From positions 22,274 through 86,273 of IMG/VR virus record IMGVR_UViG_638275430_000001: a stretch of 64,000 nucleotides of DNA. The stretch is one strand, 5' to 3'. The notes under the pieces were generated by a model. It saw only the letters and a program-made list of their open reading frames with translations. It did not search any database and had not been told where the DNA came from. The position numbers were made by a program, and so were the translations under genes. This document shows, in pieces, positions 53,843 to 62,612 of the stretch (positions are counted from its first letter, which is position 1; the number at the start of each line of letters is the position of its first letter). The stretch comes from a virus (Duplodnaviria > Heunggongvirae > Uroviricota > Caudoviricetes).

Positions 53843-54772
53843 TCACCAGTAAATTTGGCCAGCCAGTTTGGCAGCAGCCACGTTTTTGAACTTAGCCTCT
53901 ACCATGATATCCCAACTGCGAATATAGGTAGATAGAACTTCTTCGATTGCGTATTCGGTAATCATATCGCTATGAGCGCACAGATCACGGAAATTGTCGG
54001 TACCGCGAGATTGCGAAACATGCATCTTGGCGCGACACTTACGGCCAATCCAAGTACCAAGAATTCGATGTGCCAGCGGATCAGTACCACGCAGCAGAAT
54101 ACCGCCATCGGTCTTGTTGCAACGGTGATGATGAATATCAAACACCAATGGGAATCCGTATTTCTCACAGACTTCCAGTGTCCGAGTCAAAGTGCCAGTC
54201 TTTTCGTCGTTCTCGAAAGTCAGATAAGATTTCAGATGATCGCTCATACGTTCAACCGGAATAATATCAGTCTTGCCGTTAAGATGGATATTAATGATGC
54301 CTTCACCCATTGGAACAAGTAGATGTTTCAGGATGAAAGTATGCATTTCAAGATCAATCAAAGCAGCGTCAACAACTTCCGGCTTGTCACTGTTTACAAC
54401 AGTATACTGGGACGGATGCATGGACAACCGAATGCCATATCTTTGAGCAACATCACCGATCAGTGCCAGTTTGTATGTGATGCGTTTATTCAGATCCTCA
54501 TACAGCTTGCCATATTTCGGGTGGGTGAACAACGGCAACAGATCGGATGTAACACGCAACATACGACGATTTTGTGGCAGTTTTGCAACACGCAGAACAA
54601 GATTTTCCAGCGCCTGCAAATTATCATTGACTTTATCAGCCAGCTTTTTCTTTGCGGCGATCTCGTTCAGCTTGTCCATATCACATACGCGAACGGTACC
54701 GAACTTGGTATCTTTGAATTGCTTGAATTCGCCATTTATCACTTCACCCATTTGACACGCAAAACCGATCAT
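53843..54772 (-). CDS. uvdE: UV-damage endonuclease UvdE family protein
   Basis: 309 aa. Collinear with UvdE: RVTSDLLPLFTHP / GIRLSMHPSQYTVVNS / LTFENDEKT / VFDIHHH. Confidence 0.75.
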   Translation of the reverse strand: MIGFACQMGEVINGEFKQFKDTKFGTVRVCDMDKLNEIAAKKKLADKVNDNLQALENLVLRVAKLPQNRRMLRVTSDLLPLFTHPKYGKLYEDLNKRITYKLALIGDVAQRYGIRLSMHPSQYTVVNSDKPEVVDAALIDLEMHTFILKHLLVPMGEGIINIHLNGKTDIIPVERMSDHLKSYLTFENDEKTGTLTRTLEVCEKYGFPLVFDIHHHRCNKTDGGILLRGTDPLAHRILGTWIGRKCRAKMHVSQSRGTDNFRDLCAHSDMITEYAIEEVLSTYIRSWDIMVEAKFKNVAAAKLAGQIYW

Positions 54773-54836
54773 GATTTATTCCTCAATTGATTAAGTGCGA
54801 CCATTATAGATCGCACTGATTTGGATTACAAGCTTT

Positions 54837-55259
54837 TTAGAACTCCGGGTTCATTTTGCTGTGAGTACCAGCAACAAGAGCAAATGTCTTGAAGTACAAC
54901 CACTGACCGGTAAGCTTTTTGCGCCAGAACACGCGGCCGTCAGAAGTCTTGATAGTTTTCAGACTATCAGAGATTTTCACGATGGTGCCACACGGGTAGT
55001 AATCACCGTTGAAAGTCATGCTGACTTCATCACCGACTTTAGGCATTTCGATTACATCAAAGCGCGGGCTTACCCATTCGCCTTTGTCGATTGCCAGAAG
55101 ATTGCGACCTTCGAATTCATCGACAACAGCTTGAGCATTCTCCAGTGATTTGAAGTCCCAGCGAGAAACGATGTAGTGTGTACGGTCAGATTCGCGGGCA
55201 GCCATGGCTGTTTTGATGTCGGTGTAGATTTCTTTGGTGTTCAGGTTGAAGTGCAGCAT
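54837..55259 (-). CDS. Hypothetical protein (140 aa)
   Basis: Consensus leader ctctgaggaatacatcATG. Dyad hairpin promoter. Confidence 0.55.
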   Translation of the reverse strand: MLHFNLNTKEIYTDIKTAMAARESDRTHYIVSRWDFKSLENAQAVVDEFEGRNLLAIDKGEWVSPRFDVIEMPKVGDEVSMTFNGDYYPCGTIVKISDSLKTIKTSDGRVFWRKKLTGQWLYFKTFALVAGTHSKMNPEF

Positions 55260-55337
55260 GATGTATTCCTCAGAGTTTTAGTTGAGATTGTTTCGTCTTG
55301 ATGTGGCTATAGTATCAATAGCCACATCAGCGGTCAA

Positions 55338-55859
55338 CTACTTTTTACAGATAGAAACGAATTTTTTCATATCATCGGCAACAAAAACGTAATCGCGCAT
55401 AAAGATTGCAACCTTTACCATGTTGCCAGATTTGATTGAGTCAACTACCGTTTCCTTTGGATACGTTTCGTACATATAAACATCAAATGTACCAACTTGG
55501 AATTTAGTTGCCCTACGAGTAAGTAATTTCCCACCATCATATGATGAAACCGTAGCTTCTGCGACAGGAACAGGAGTCAGTGAATCTCCGTCATCCGCAT
55601 AATATTTTTGCAGAGGAGAGTCGGTAAAAATAGATGCGGCAACGCTATCATTTACCGAATTACAAACGAGCTTGATCTTGGCGGAATGAATAAAATCGTT
55701 ATTAACATGACTATAAAATGATTTTTCATATGAATAATCAGTTTCAGAATAAGCAGTTTTAATTACATCAATCCCACCGATACGCTCTTGTGTAACAGTA
55801 GCGCAACCGGTGGACAGAGCAGCAAGAGCGATAACAACAACTGACATAAACTTTTTCAT
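55338..55859 (-). CDS. Lipoprotein (MKKFMSVVVIALAALSTGC)
   Basis: Lipobox LSTGC. Start refined from the track M at 55904. Confidence 0.55.
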   Translation of the reverse strand: MKKFMSVVVIALAALSTGCATVTQERIGGIDVIKTAYSETDYSYEKSFYSHVNNDFIHSAKIKLVCNSVNDSVAASIFTDSPLQKYYADDGDSLTPVPVAEATVSSYDGGKLLTRRATKFQVGTFDVYMYETYPKETVVDSIKSGNMVKVAIFMRDYVFVADDMKKFVSICKK

Positions 55860-55873
55860 TTTTGTTTCCTTAA

Positions 55874-56245
55874 TTAATAATCTTTTTGATTCCGACCGGC
55901 ACATCTTACCATTTCTGTATAAACACGAATGCTTTTTTCATATGGGTCATCCACGTTTTCCATATCGCGATAGAAATCTTTATGATTTCGATTTTCGCGG
56001 ATATATCTCCCGAGATAGCAACTGATTCCGGTCAGATAAGTGCGCATGGATTGAGTGTTCAACATATCAGTCGGGATAGTCTGTAGGAGTTCCTTCAAAT
56101 CGTTGAAACGTTCTACCACTTTTTGGTATTGTTCGTCAAATTTATCAAACTCAGATAGACCGATCCGAAGTCGATTCATAATTCGAAGATCAAACGCAAG
56201 TTCGCGAGTTAGTACGCCAAACTTACTTGCAAAATCAGGATTCAT
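55874..56245 (-). CDS. Hypothetical protein (123 aa)
   Basis: SD aaagggagatcaaATG. Confidence 0.5.
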   Translation of the reverse strand: MNPDFASKFGVLTRELAFDLRIMNRLRIGLSEFDKFDEQYQKVVERFNDLKELLQTIPTDMLNTQSMRTYLTGISCYLGRYIRENRNHKDFYRDMENVDDPYEKSIRVYTEMVRCAGRNQKDY

Positions 56246-56522
56246 TTGATCTCCCTTTTATGATTTTCATTTCCATTTCCGCACAAGCAGCGTTATAAAA
56301 ATCGCGCTTGGCTTGTGCCACCTCAGGAACAACTACGTTCATTCGATGCATATACAGATCATCAAGTCGATTAAGAAGCTTGACACCATCGCGGGACAAC
56401 TTACCATTAACAGTTTGTGCCTGCTTCTCGATCTCGATTGCTCGAATACATTCCAACTGATAATCAGCCGACATTTGTCGTTCTTTCAGTCGCTTGTATA
56501 CTTCCATAATATCAATTTGCAT
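56235..56522 (-). CDS. Hypothetical protein (95 aa)
   Basis: Same strand, overlap-coupled. Confidence 0.45.
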   Translation of the reverse strand: MQIDIMEVYKRLKERQMSADYQLECIRAIEIEKQAQTVNGKLSRDGVKLLNRLDDLYMHRMNVVVPEVAQAKRDFYNAACAEMEMKIIKGRSNES

Positions 56523-56844
56523 TTTTCAATCCTATGTACCAGAGTTTACCGACACTGGTATGTTGATACTTTTCTTTGTCCCACATACGACGTCGAACGG
56601 CAGTTGTGTGTGCATTATCACCGCTCGTTTTATCTAGCCAGCGCATCATGATACGGAAACAAAGTCCCACGTCCAGTCTGAATTCACAAGCCATTTCGTC
56701 GTACAGCTTATCGTTGACATAAAGCCGACAATGATACTTGTTGTTGATCCTTGTCAGCTTAGTCTCGGTCTTTAGTTCGCTCAAATAAGACGCTCCCCAG
56801 TTACAACAGTCTTGCCACTTGAATAGTAGCCATACTGTTTCCAC
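56512..56844 (-). CDS. Hypothetical protein (110 aa)
   Basis: Same-strand ORF. Confidence 0.45.
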   Translation of the reverse strand: METVWLLFKWQDCCNWGASYLSELKTETKLTRINNKYHCRLYVNDKLYDEMACEFRLDVGLCFRIMMRWLDKTSGDNAHTTAVRRRMWDKEKYQHTSVGKLWYIGLKNAN

Positions 56845-56966
56845 TTTCTCATATTGCCAATCATGATGTTCTTTGCCGCTTGTTCCGCTTTCTCCGCAGT
56901 ATCATAAGAAACAGTATAATCAACACGGGAAACACCTACAGCAGATACGAACGGATAAAATTTCAT
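56781..56966 (-). CDS. Hypothetical protein (61 aa)
   Basis: SD tccgaggagctaatcATG. Confidence 0.45.
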   Translation of the reverse strand: MKFYPFVSAVGVSRVDYTVSYDTAEKAEQAAKNIMIGNMRKWKQYGYYSSGKTVVTGERLI

Positions 56967-57026
56967 GATTAGCTCCTCGGATTTGATAAAGTGATTGTAT
57001 CAGAGTCCATCGTCATCAAGCAAGCA

Positions 57027-57197
57027 TTATTTGATGATGAATTCGATTACCGGATTGGTGATGATCTGATAGACACCAACGGTTGACAGACTAAACAAAA
57101 ACATCTTAACGACGCAGTTCCCAAATCCGTTGGAGCTCCACATCAGAGTAAGAACACCAAGAACAAAAACACTCACAAGCATATAGATAGTCAACAT
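57027..57197 (-). CDS. Small membrane protein (56 aa; MLTIYMLVSVFVLGVLTLMW...). Not in the ORF track
   Basis: SD aaggaaatgaattATG. Full consensus promoter/leader (gttgacacc...gatgtagctatattatcagg) and UUCG terminator upstream. Confidence 0.5.
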   Translation of the reverse strand: MLTIYMLVSVFVLGVLTLMWSSNGFGNCVVKMFLFSLSTVGVYQIITNPVIEFIIK

Positions 57198-57265
57198 AAT
57201 TCATTTCCTTTAGTTAGTTTCGATGTAGCTATATTATCAGGTTCATATCCGGTGTCAACAAAAAA

Positions 57266-57286
57266 GGCACCCGAAGGTGCCTTTAT
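57266..57286 (-). terminator. C(UUCG)G hairpin (ggcacc-ttcg-ggtgcc) + U-run, PeSL-like with the promoter
   Basis: aaaaaggcacccgaaggtgcctttattttt. Identical stem at 63980. Confidence 0.65.
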
Positions 57287-57288
57287 TT

Positions 57289-58734
57289 TTACGCTTGTTC
57301 GTCGCTACGTGCGCGAGCTTCATCAAACAGTGCTTTGGTATAGCTATGAGAGCAAACACCGTCCATCAGATAGGTAACAAACTCGTTACTGTGCTCATAC
57401 TGGGCATATTGCGGGTCAAGAACGTTAACAGTCTTGTATTGACCGTCGATCTTGATCAGACGCATACGACCGGCTTTAGAAGCTTTCCATGCAGCGTCTT
57501 TCGGATTCTTACGAACACCACGCCATTTGCCGTTTACGCGAATCGCAGAGCATTTGTAAGCCCATTTCTGAGTGTCACGGTCGCATTTCTGCAACAGACC
57601 ACCACCCATACCGAAAGCTACGTTTTCAACACTATAACCCAGCTCTTTGATGAACTTCAAGCAGGCTTCGATATCCTTATCGGAACTCAGGCCGTCACCT
57701 TGGATTACGCGGTAGCTACCATGCAGAACTTTATAGCCTTTGCTGTTCACAGTGAAACCAACGTTTTTCGCGATAGTCTCCAGGGCATACCCGATATTAT
57801 CGAACATGTCACCAGAGTCAGGACGAATCACACAAGTACCGCCACGTGCCAGAATCTCTTTCTTGAACTCACCGGTAGTCAGACGATCAACGGCAGATTT
57901 GTAGTCGATAGAGTCGGCAACAATCGCATACACACCGTCACCCCATTGGCGAATGCTGTTCCAGAATGCTTCATCTTCCTGTTCAGGAGTCAGCAAACCT
58001 TCATCACCATAGCAAATGGTAGTGCTGTGCTCACGCGCTGGGATACTGATACCAACAGCGATATCATGAGCCAGATTGTAGATGTCTTGTGCCATAATCA
58101 GAGCTTCAACGGTATCAGTACCGATAAAGTTGATCAGATGCGCCAGACCACCCAGTTTTGCTGCTTGCTCACAAGTCGCACCACGAGCACCGAAGTCGTG
58201 CAGGCGAGTTTTCAGAACGAAATCAAAGTCGGCACCGGTCAGATCTGAGGTTTCTTTCAGATACTTTTTCACCAGCTTCTTGATTTTGAAACTCAGAGTA
58301 GCAACAGAACTCGGATACCAGTGACCACGCAACACGAAAGTTTCGAGGTGTCCACCAACACTGAATTCAGGGCCGAAAGTTTCAACAACCATAGTTGCAT
58401 TACGACCGGGGATAACTTGTCCGTCTTTTACACCGTACATATTAACCGGCAGCTTACCACCACGTTCAGTTGCAATTTTCATCCACATATCATAAGCGAA
58501 TACATCGCGTCCGAAGTGTGATTTGAAAAGCATGTTAGCGCGAGTTACGTCGGCGACGGTAATGCCCTGCTCCAGGACACGCGCAACAAAGTGAAGACCA
58601 GACAACATCACATCATCATCAACACGCGGCTCGGCATAGAAGCTTGCAGCGTCGGTGCCTTGCGGGAATTGCCAAGGATGGGTGATTTTGTAAGAGTCGG
58701 TGGATGCACACAGATTAGATTTAAATACGTTCAT
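57289..58734 (-). CDS. nadV: Nicotinamide phosphoribosyltransferase NadV (NAMPT)
   Basis: 481 aa from MNVFKSNL. TDSYKITH, HDFGARG and PRTase type II features. SD agggagccttcaaATG. Confidence 0.85.
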   Translation of the reverse strand: MNVFKSNLCASTDSYKITHPWQFPQGTDAASFYAEPRVDDDVMLSGLHFVARVLEQGITVADVTRANMLFKSHFGRDVFAYDMWMKIATERGGKLPVNMYGVKDGQVIPGRNATMVVETFGPEFSVGGHLETFVLRGHWYPSSVATLSFKIKKLVKKYLKETSDLTGADFDFVLKTRLHDFGARGATCEQAAKLGGLAHLINFIGTDTVEALIMAQDIYNLAHDIAVGISIPAREHSTTICYGDEGLLTPEQEDEAFWNSIRQWGDGVYAIVADSIDYKSAVDRLTTGEFKKEILARGGTCVIRPDSGDMFDNIGYALETIAKNVGFTVNSKGYKVLHGSYRVIQGDGLSSDKDIEACLKFIKELGYSVENVAFGMGGGLLQKCDRDTQKWAYKCSAIRVNGKWRGVRKNPKDAAWKASKAGRMRLIKIDGQYKTVNVLDPQYAQYEHSNEFVTYLMDGVCSHSYTKALFDEARARSDEQA

Positions 58735-58762
58735 TTGAAGGCTCCCTTCATTGATTGATTGT

Positions 58763-58866
58763 GTTTTGGTTTGTGATTTCTTATCACAAAAAGATTGTCT
58801 CATATCTTTAGACACAAAACAAGCTTTTTGTGAGGGGTATTTTCTACCCCTTCACGTTATCAGAAT
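58763..58866. promoter_or_regulatory. Three consecutive palindromes in the nadV 5' region: TTTGTGAT-N5-ATCACAAA (58777-58797), cacaaaa-N6-ttttgtg, and aggggta-N5-tacccct
   Basis: Read directly. Operator-like 8-bp arms. Confidence 0.5.
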
Positions 58867-59537
58867 ACCAGTGCAGCGCCCAGAACTGCGGAGTTATCAT
58901 AACCAACACCAGTGGTGACGGTATGACGCATCTTAACATAAGGCTGAATCATGTGACCGGTGAAAGTCAGGGCAACTTCATGCTCGTTTTCGGTAGCCAT
59001 ACCCAGATCGAAATCGGTACGCTCATGGAAACCCTTGCGAGTGTAGTTGTAACCAACGGTCATTTCGGGATGCAGATCATAACTAACGCCTGCTTTCACT
59101 TTGCTGTAGTCTTGACCTTCGTTCATGAAGCTATAACCGGCACCGGCGTAGGTATACAGTTGAGCGAACGGCATATATTCAACAATGCCCTGAACGTAGG
59201 TTTCGTGATCGGTGTTGTCGCCTTCGAAGATGCCGTATTCGACACTCGGAACAAAGGTGAAATCATCGGACACTTGCAGACTCTTACCCAGTACGCCAGC
59301 AGTGTGCTTGTTGGTTTCGTGCTTCACTTCCATGAAGTAGTCAGCAGGAAGAGCGATACCCATACCGTATTCAGTTACGTCGGTATTAGTATTGCGCTCG
59401 ATGTAGACTTTTTCAAGTTGTATCTGAGCCAGAGTTTCGGTCATTTCGGACGCTTCTACGCGCTGAGTACAGCCAAAAGCGGCAGCAGCCACAGCCAGAC
59501 CAACGATTACAGTGTGAATAAAGTTTTTAGACATCAA
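58860..59537 (-). CDS. Outer-membrane beta-barrel protein (signal peptide; C-terminal ..GAALVF), small porin-like
   Basis: 225 aa. Alternating amphipathic beta-strands. Terminal Phe. Next to nadV. Confidence 0.55.
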   Translation of the reverse strand: MMSKNFIHTVIVGLAVAAAAFGCTQRVEASEMTETLAQIQLEKVYIERNTNTDVTEYGMGIALPADYFMEVKHETNKHTAGVLGKSLQVSDDFTFVPSVEYGIFEGDNTDHETYVQGIVEYMPFAQLYTYAGAGYSFMNEGQDYSKVKAGVSYDLHPEMTVGYNYTRKGFHERTDFDLGMATENEHEVALTFTGHMIQPYVKMRHTVTTGVGYDNSAVLGAALVF

Positions 59538-59548
59538 GGTATTACCTC

Positions 59549-59767
59549 TTAGTTGATGGAGAATAAAGCACCAACAAGTATCAGCATTATGATTAAGATC
59601 TTGTTGTCGCCATGTTTACTTAACGTTTCCAGTATACGACGCTCGATTGCGACTGTCAACAACTTTTTTGCGATTGCTAACGGTATTACGAGAAACGTTA
59701 AGGCTAGGAACTTATGTTGATTATACATTAGCTCCAGAAGATTGCAAACACTATCGTACAAATCCAT
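59549..59767 (-). CDS. Small membrane protein (72 aa)
   Basis: Two hydrophobic segments. Confidence 0.4.
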   Translation of the reverse strand: MDLYDSVCNLLELMYNQHKFLALTFLVIPLAIAKKLLTVAIERRILETLSKHGDNKILIIMLILVGALFSIN

Positions 59768-59815
59768 ATCGTTACTATAGTTGATGGTCGATGAAGAAAA
59801 TCAAACCAATCGTCC

Positions 59816-60049
59816 TTACAGTAACTCCGTCATATAGCGGCTATACGCGATTGTATAGTCCGAGCCAAAGCCGGTGATATCTTCCCATTCTTGCTGCGGG
59901 TCTATCTTAATGATAAACCCATAGCCGAGAAACGGAATTTCGTGATTAGTTGCGACACCGACAACGGTACATTTAAACTTTTGAACGTTGCCGACTTTAC
60001 CAGAGACGAGTTCAACCTCAACCCGATCTCCATTTTCAAACGGATACAT
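59816..60049 (-). CDS. Hypothetical protein (77 aa)
   Basis: Same-strand ORF. Confidence 0.4.
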   Translation of the reverse strand: MYPFENGDRVEVELVSGKVGNVQKFKCTVVGVATNHEIPFLGYGFIIKIDPQQEWEDITGFGSDYTIAYSRYMTELL

Positions 60050-60275
60050 CGAATAATCCTTGTTGTTTTGCTTGCTCGAATAGCGGGTGATTGTCTGCTA
60101 TCGAGATATCTAGAGCTTTTATGATAAGACTAATGTCTTCCAGTGTCAACTCTTTTTTCACGATTTTATGTGTTTTCGGGATATAGATAGATCCTGTCAG
60201 ACTATTTCCACCACGATGGTACCAGTTTTCTCGTTGTTCGATCAATTCGTGTTGATGGAGTGCATCCTGACTCAT
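60036..60275 (-). CDS. Hypothetical protein (79 aa)
   Basis: Overlap-coupled downstream of the NTase gene. Confidence 0.4.
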   Translation of the reverse strand: MSQDALHQHELIEQRENWYHRGGNSLTGSIYIPKTHKIVKKELTLEDISLIIKALDISIADNHPLFEQAKQQGLFDVSV

Positions 60276-61225
60276 TTATTGATTTCCTCCACGTATACTT
60301 CGTAAAGGAAATTATCCCAGAATTCCTTGTCCACGAACTCGCGCATACCATTTTTCTTGGCAATAACGATTTCGGCTTCCACATCATTCATAAGCTGTTC
60401 AAGATACGGATTAACTTCGTCTACCAGACTACGCTTTCCTAGCTTGATGTCAAGAATAAATTCACGATGTTTCAGCGGGAATTCCAGATCGCCAGTTCGA
60501 TAGATTTCAAGCAGTTGCTCGCCACCACGGACGGCATGAGACAGTGCTTTCCAGTCAACGCCGACTTCCTCTTTGGCTTTCTTGGCACGATCACCGTATT
60601 CTTCCCAGATCTTGGTGATCTGTTGTTCAAACTCGGTGAACTTGATGCCATATAGATACTTGCGTCCCAGCACTTCATAGAAGCTAACAAGCTCGCCCGT
60701 TCGAGAGATCTCCGCACCGGGGAACGTGAATTCGTCGGTAGGAAGCCGTCCAACGAAGCTGGACAGACGGTAGCCACGTTCGTCTTGTGGTACTGCTTTG
60801 ACTACTGCCATAACTCGTTCCAGAGCGGCCAAGCGCGTACCTTTGACACCATACTTGGTAGCTTGTTTGCGGCAGTAACCCAAGAAAGCGTCCATTTTCG
60901 TAGTGTAGAACATCGAACGATTTTGCTGGATGTATTCCCAGTGTTTGGAAGTCATCAGCAGTTGGTTACTATGCAACATATCAATGCACATAGTTTCGCC
61001 TTTGCTGGCAAGACGTAGGAACTGACGCAAAGACATCATTTCGGTATCAACATCATCAACGGTATTTTTACCCTTGCCGCCAGTCGATTCGTTATAGACT
61101 TCACGCCCACCCAATACGATCTCGCGAGCAGTCGGGATAAAGATACCTTTATAATCTCGATCCGACGTCGGTGTACTCAGCCCGTATAAATGCGAGCCGA
61201 ACACGGTTTTCATTAGAGTTTTCAT
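60272..61225 (-). CDS. Pol-beta superfamily nucleotidyltransferase (GS..YG..(x)5SDxDxxG; RlaP/PF10127-like)
   Basis: 317 aa. N-terminal FGSHLYGLSTPTSDRDYKGIF. Confidence 0.6.
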   Translation of the reverse strand: MKTLMKTVFGSHLYGLSTPTSDRDYKGIFIPTAREIVLGGREVYNESTGGKGKNTVDDVDTEMMSLRQFLRLASKGETMCIDMLHSNQLLMTSKHWEYIQQNRSMFYTTKMDAFLGYCRKQATKYGVKGTRLAALERVMAVVKAVPQDERGYRLSSFVGRLPTDEFTFPGAEISRTGELVSFYEVLGRKYLYGIKFTEFEQQITKIWEEYGDRAKKAKEEVGVDWKALSHAVRGGEQLLEIYRTGDLEFPLKHREFILDIKLGKRSLVDEVNPYLEQLMNDVEAEIVIAKKNGMREFVDKEFWDNFLYEVYVEEINK

Positions 61226-61569
61226 TCAGTTTCCTTAAAGAAGTCAACAGATTTTGTGATGGTACTTGAATTTTCTTTGAAATAATCAACTACCATTTGC
61301 TCGTTTCTGCCAAGATAGTACATAAACGTTTTAGCCATACTAATGGTCATTGGTCCAGTAGTTCGATGCCATCCGATAAACACAAATTGTTTTCCTTGTT
61401 CCTGAATTTGAATTCCATACCGAAGTAGATTCTTGTTCAGAGTCGGCAGCTTACTCAAGAACTTGTCGTGATCTAACCAGGTCATGATCTTAACGTAGAT
61501 AACACGACACACGATCAAAAACACAAAAAGAATCACAACTTCTTTCACACCAATTTCAATAACGTCCAT
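61222..61569 (-). CDS. Membrane-anchored protein (115 aa, N-terminal TM)
   Basis: Hydrophobic N-terminus VVILFVFLIVCRVIYV. Confidence 0.45.
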   Translation of the reverse strand: MDVIEIGVKEVVILFVFLIVCRVIYVKIMTWLDHDKFLSKLPTLNKNLLRYGIQIQEQGKQFVFIGWHRTTGPMTISMAKTFMYYLGRNEQMVVDYFKENSSTITKSVDFFKETE

Positions 61570-61895
61570 TATTGCATCGCCTTTTGTTGATAGAGTTCAG
61601 CCAAATTTTTGTTCAGTCGTTCGATTGCTTGATCCAAAGTTTCGGCATTAGGATCATAGTTATCGGCAGTTGAATCGTAATGTGAGGTCGATTTGCCGTT
61701 AGATACATCCCAATGAGTGGAAGTAGTCTCTGGACAACGAGTTACATATAGATTTTGCTGTTTTTCCGACCGCATGTAAAACACTTTACAGCCAGCCAAT
61801 TCGCTAGGCATTTGATAGCCGCCGGTTGTTTCATAGGTTACAGTATCGCATCCCATCAGAGCGAATGCAAGAGCAATTGCAGCAAACTTTTTCAT
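61569..61895 (-). CDS. Lipoprotein (MKKFAAIALAFALMGC)
   Basis: Lipobox LMGC. ATG at 61895; the track GTG start is 61907. Confidence 0.5.
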   Translation of the reverse strand: MKKFAAIALAFALMGCDTVTYETTGGYQMPSELAGCKVFYMRSEKQQNLYVTRCPETTSTHWDVSNGKSTSHYDSTADNYDPNAETLDQAIERLNKNLAELYQQKAMQ

Positions 61896-62013
61896 ATTTC
61901 TAGCCACTCCAGTACAGGTAAAATTGCTTTAAATACCATGATCATGAAGTCATTGCTCCCGATCATGGCATATATTAACACGTTAAGCGAGATTAGCAAC
62001 CACCAGATTGCAT

Positions 62014-62268
62014 TTAATCCTTTCGCCACCATATGTCTTCGTCTCTCATGTCAATTGATGATTTAGAGTTTATCACAACGGAACGAGGAGTTACAAGTGG
62101 TTTATCCATTATTTTTGTTTCGATAGTCGCATAAACAGGGATATATTTCTCGCTGAAATCGTGTCCCTGTAACATCTTTTCGAAGTTACACAAAACGCCC
62201 TCCTTAGAGGGCGCACTAATGTCCTGATATCTACTTGACATTAAACTGCCTGTACAGATACTTGCCAA
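62014..62268 (-). CDS. Hypothetical protein (84 aa)
   Basis: Same-strand ORF. Confidence 0.4.
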   Translation of the reverse strand: MASICTGSLMSSRYQDISAPSKEGVLCNFEKMLQGHDFSEKYIPVYATIETKIMDKPLVTPRSVVINSKSSIDMRDEDIWWRKD

Positions 62269-62608
62269 AGATCAGTTTGTAAACATCTTTGGATTTCTCC
62301 GCTTGTTGTAGAATGTCGTAAAATACGGGAATACTCAGTACACGGGTTTGCTTTCCGTCTGAACTAACGAAATCATATCCGTGAGTGGTATCAGTCGGCA
62401 CTTTTGGAGTTCCGTAGTAATCATAGAGTCGAATGGTGATTCCCTTCTTTTGGAAAGCATCAACGATTTCATTGAAATGTTGTTTTATCCAAATGCGCTG
62501 ATTTTTTGCGTCATTCTTGCGACGTTTTTTGATTACGTCTATTGCCCAAATGATCAGGACTAAGATTGCAATAAAAATAGTGGTCATCATCGCAGCGGCA
62601 TAAGCCAT
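62231..62608 (-). CDS. Membrane-anchored protein (125 aa)
   Basis: SD gtgaggtaataaaATG. N-terminal TM. Confidence 0.5.
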   Translation of the reverse strand: MAYAAAMMTTIFIAILVLIIWAIDVIKKRRKNDAKNQRIWIKQHFNEIVDAFQKKGITIRLYDYYGTPKVPTDTTHGYDFVSSDGKQTRVLSIPVFYDILQQAEKSKDVYKLIFGKYLYRQFNVK

Positions 62609-62612
62609 TTTA

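Noticed and set aside
57277-58248. Plus-strand 323-aa ORF, plus many other plus-strand ORFs (e.g. 15644..16294, 30225..31100, 31529..32470, 49124..49867, 58830..59552)
   Set aside because: They are antisense to well-supported minus-strand genes (nadV, nrdD, the SprT-like and SPFH genes, and others), have low-complexity composition and no SD or promoter. Every credible gene in the window is on the minus strand.
58777-58797. TTTGTGAT-N5-ATCACAAA read as a CRP site
   Set aside because: The TGTGA/TCACA halves are spaced 7 bp apart rather than the 6 bp of a CRP site. It is kept only as a generic operator-like palindrome.
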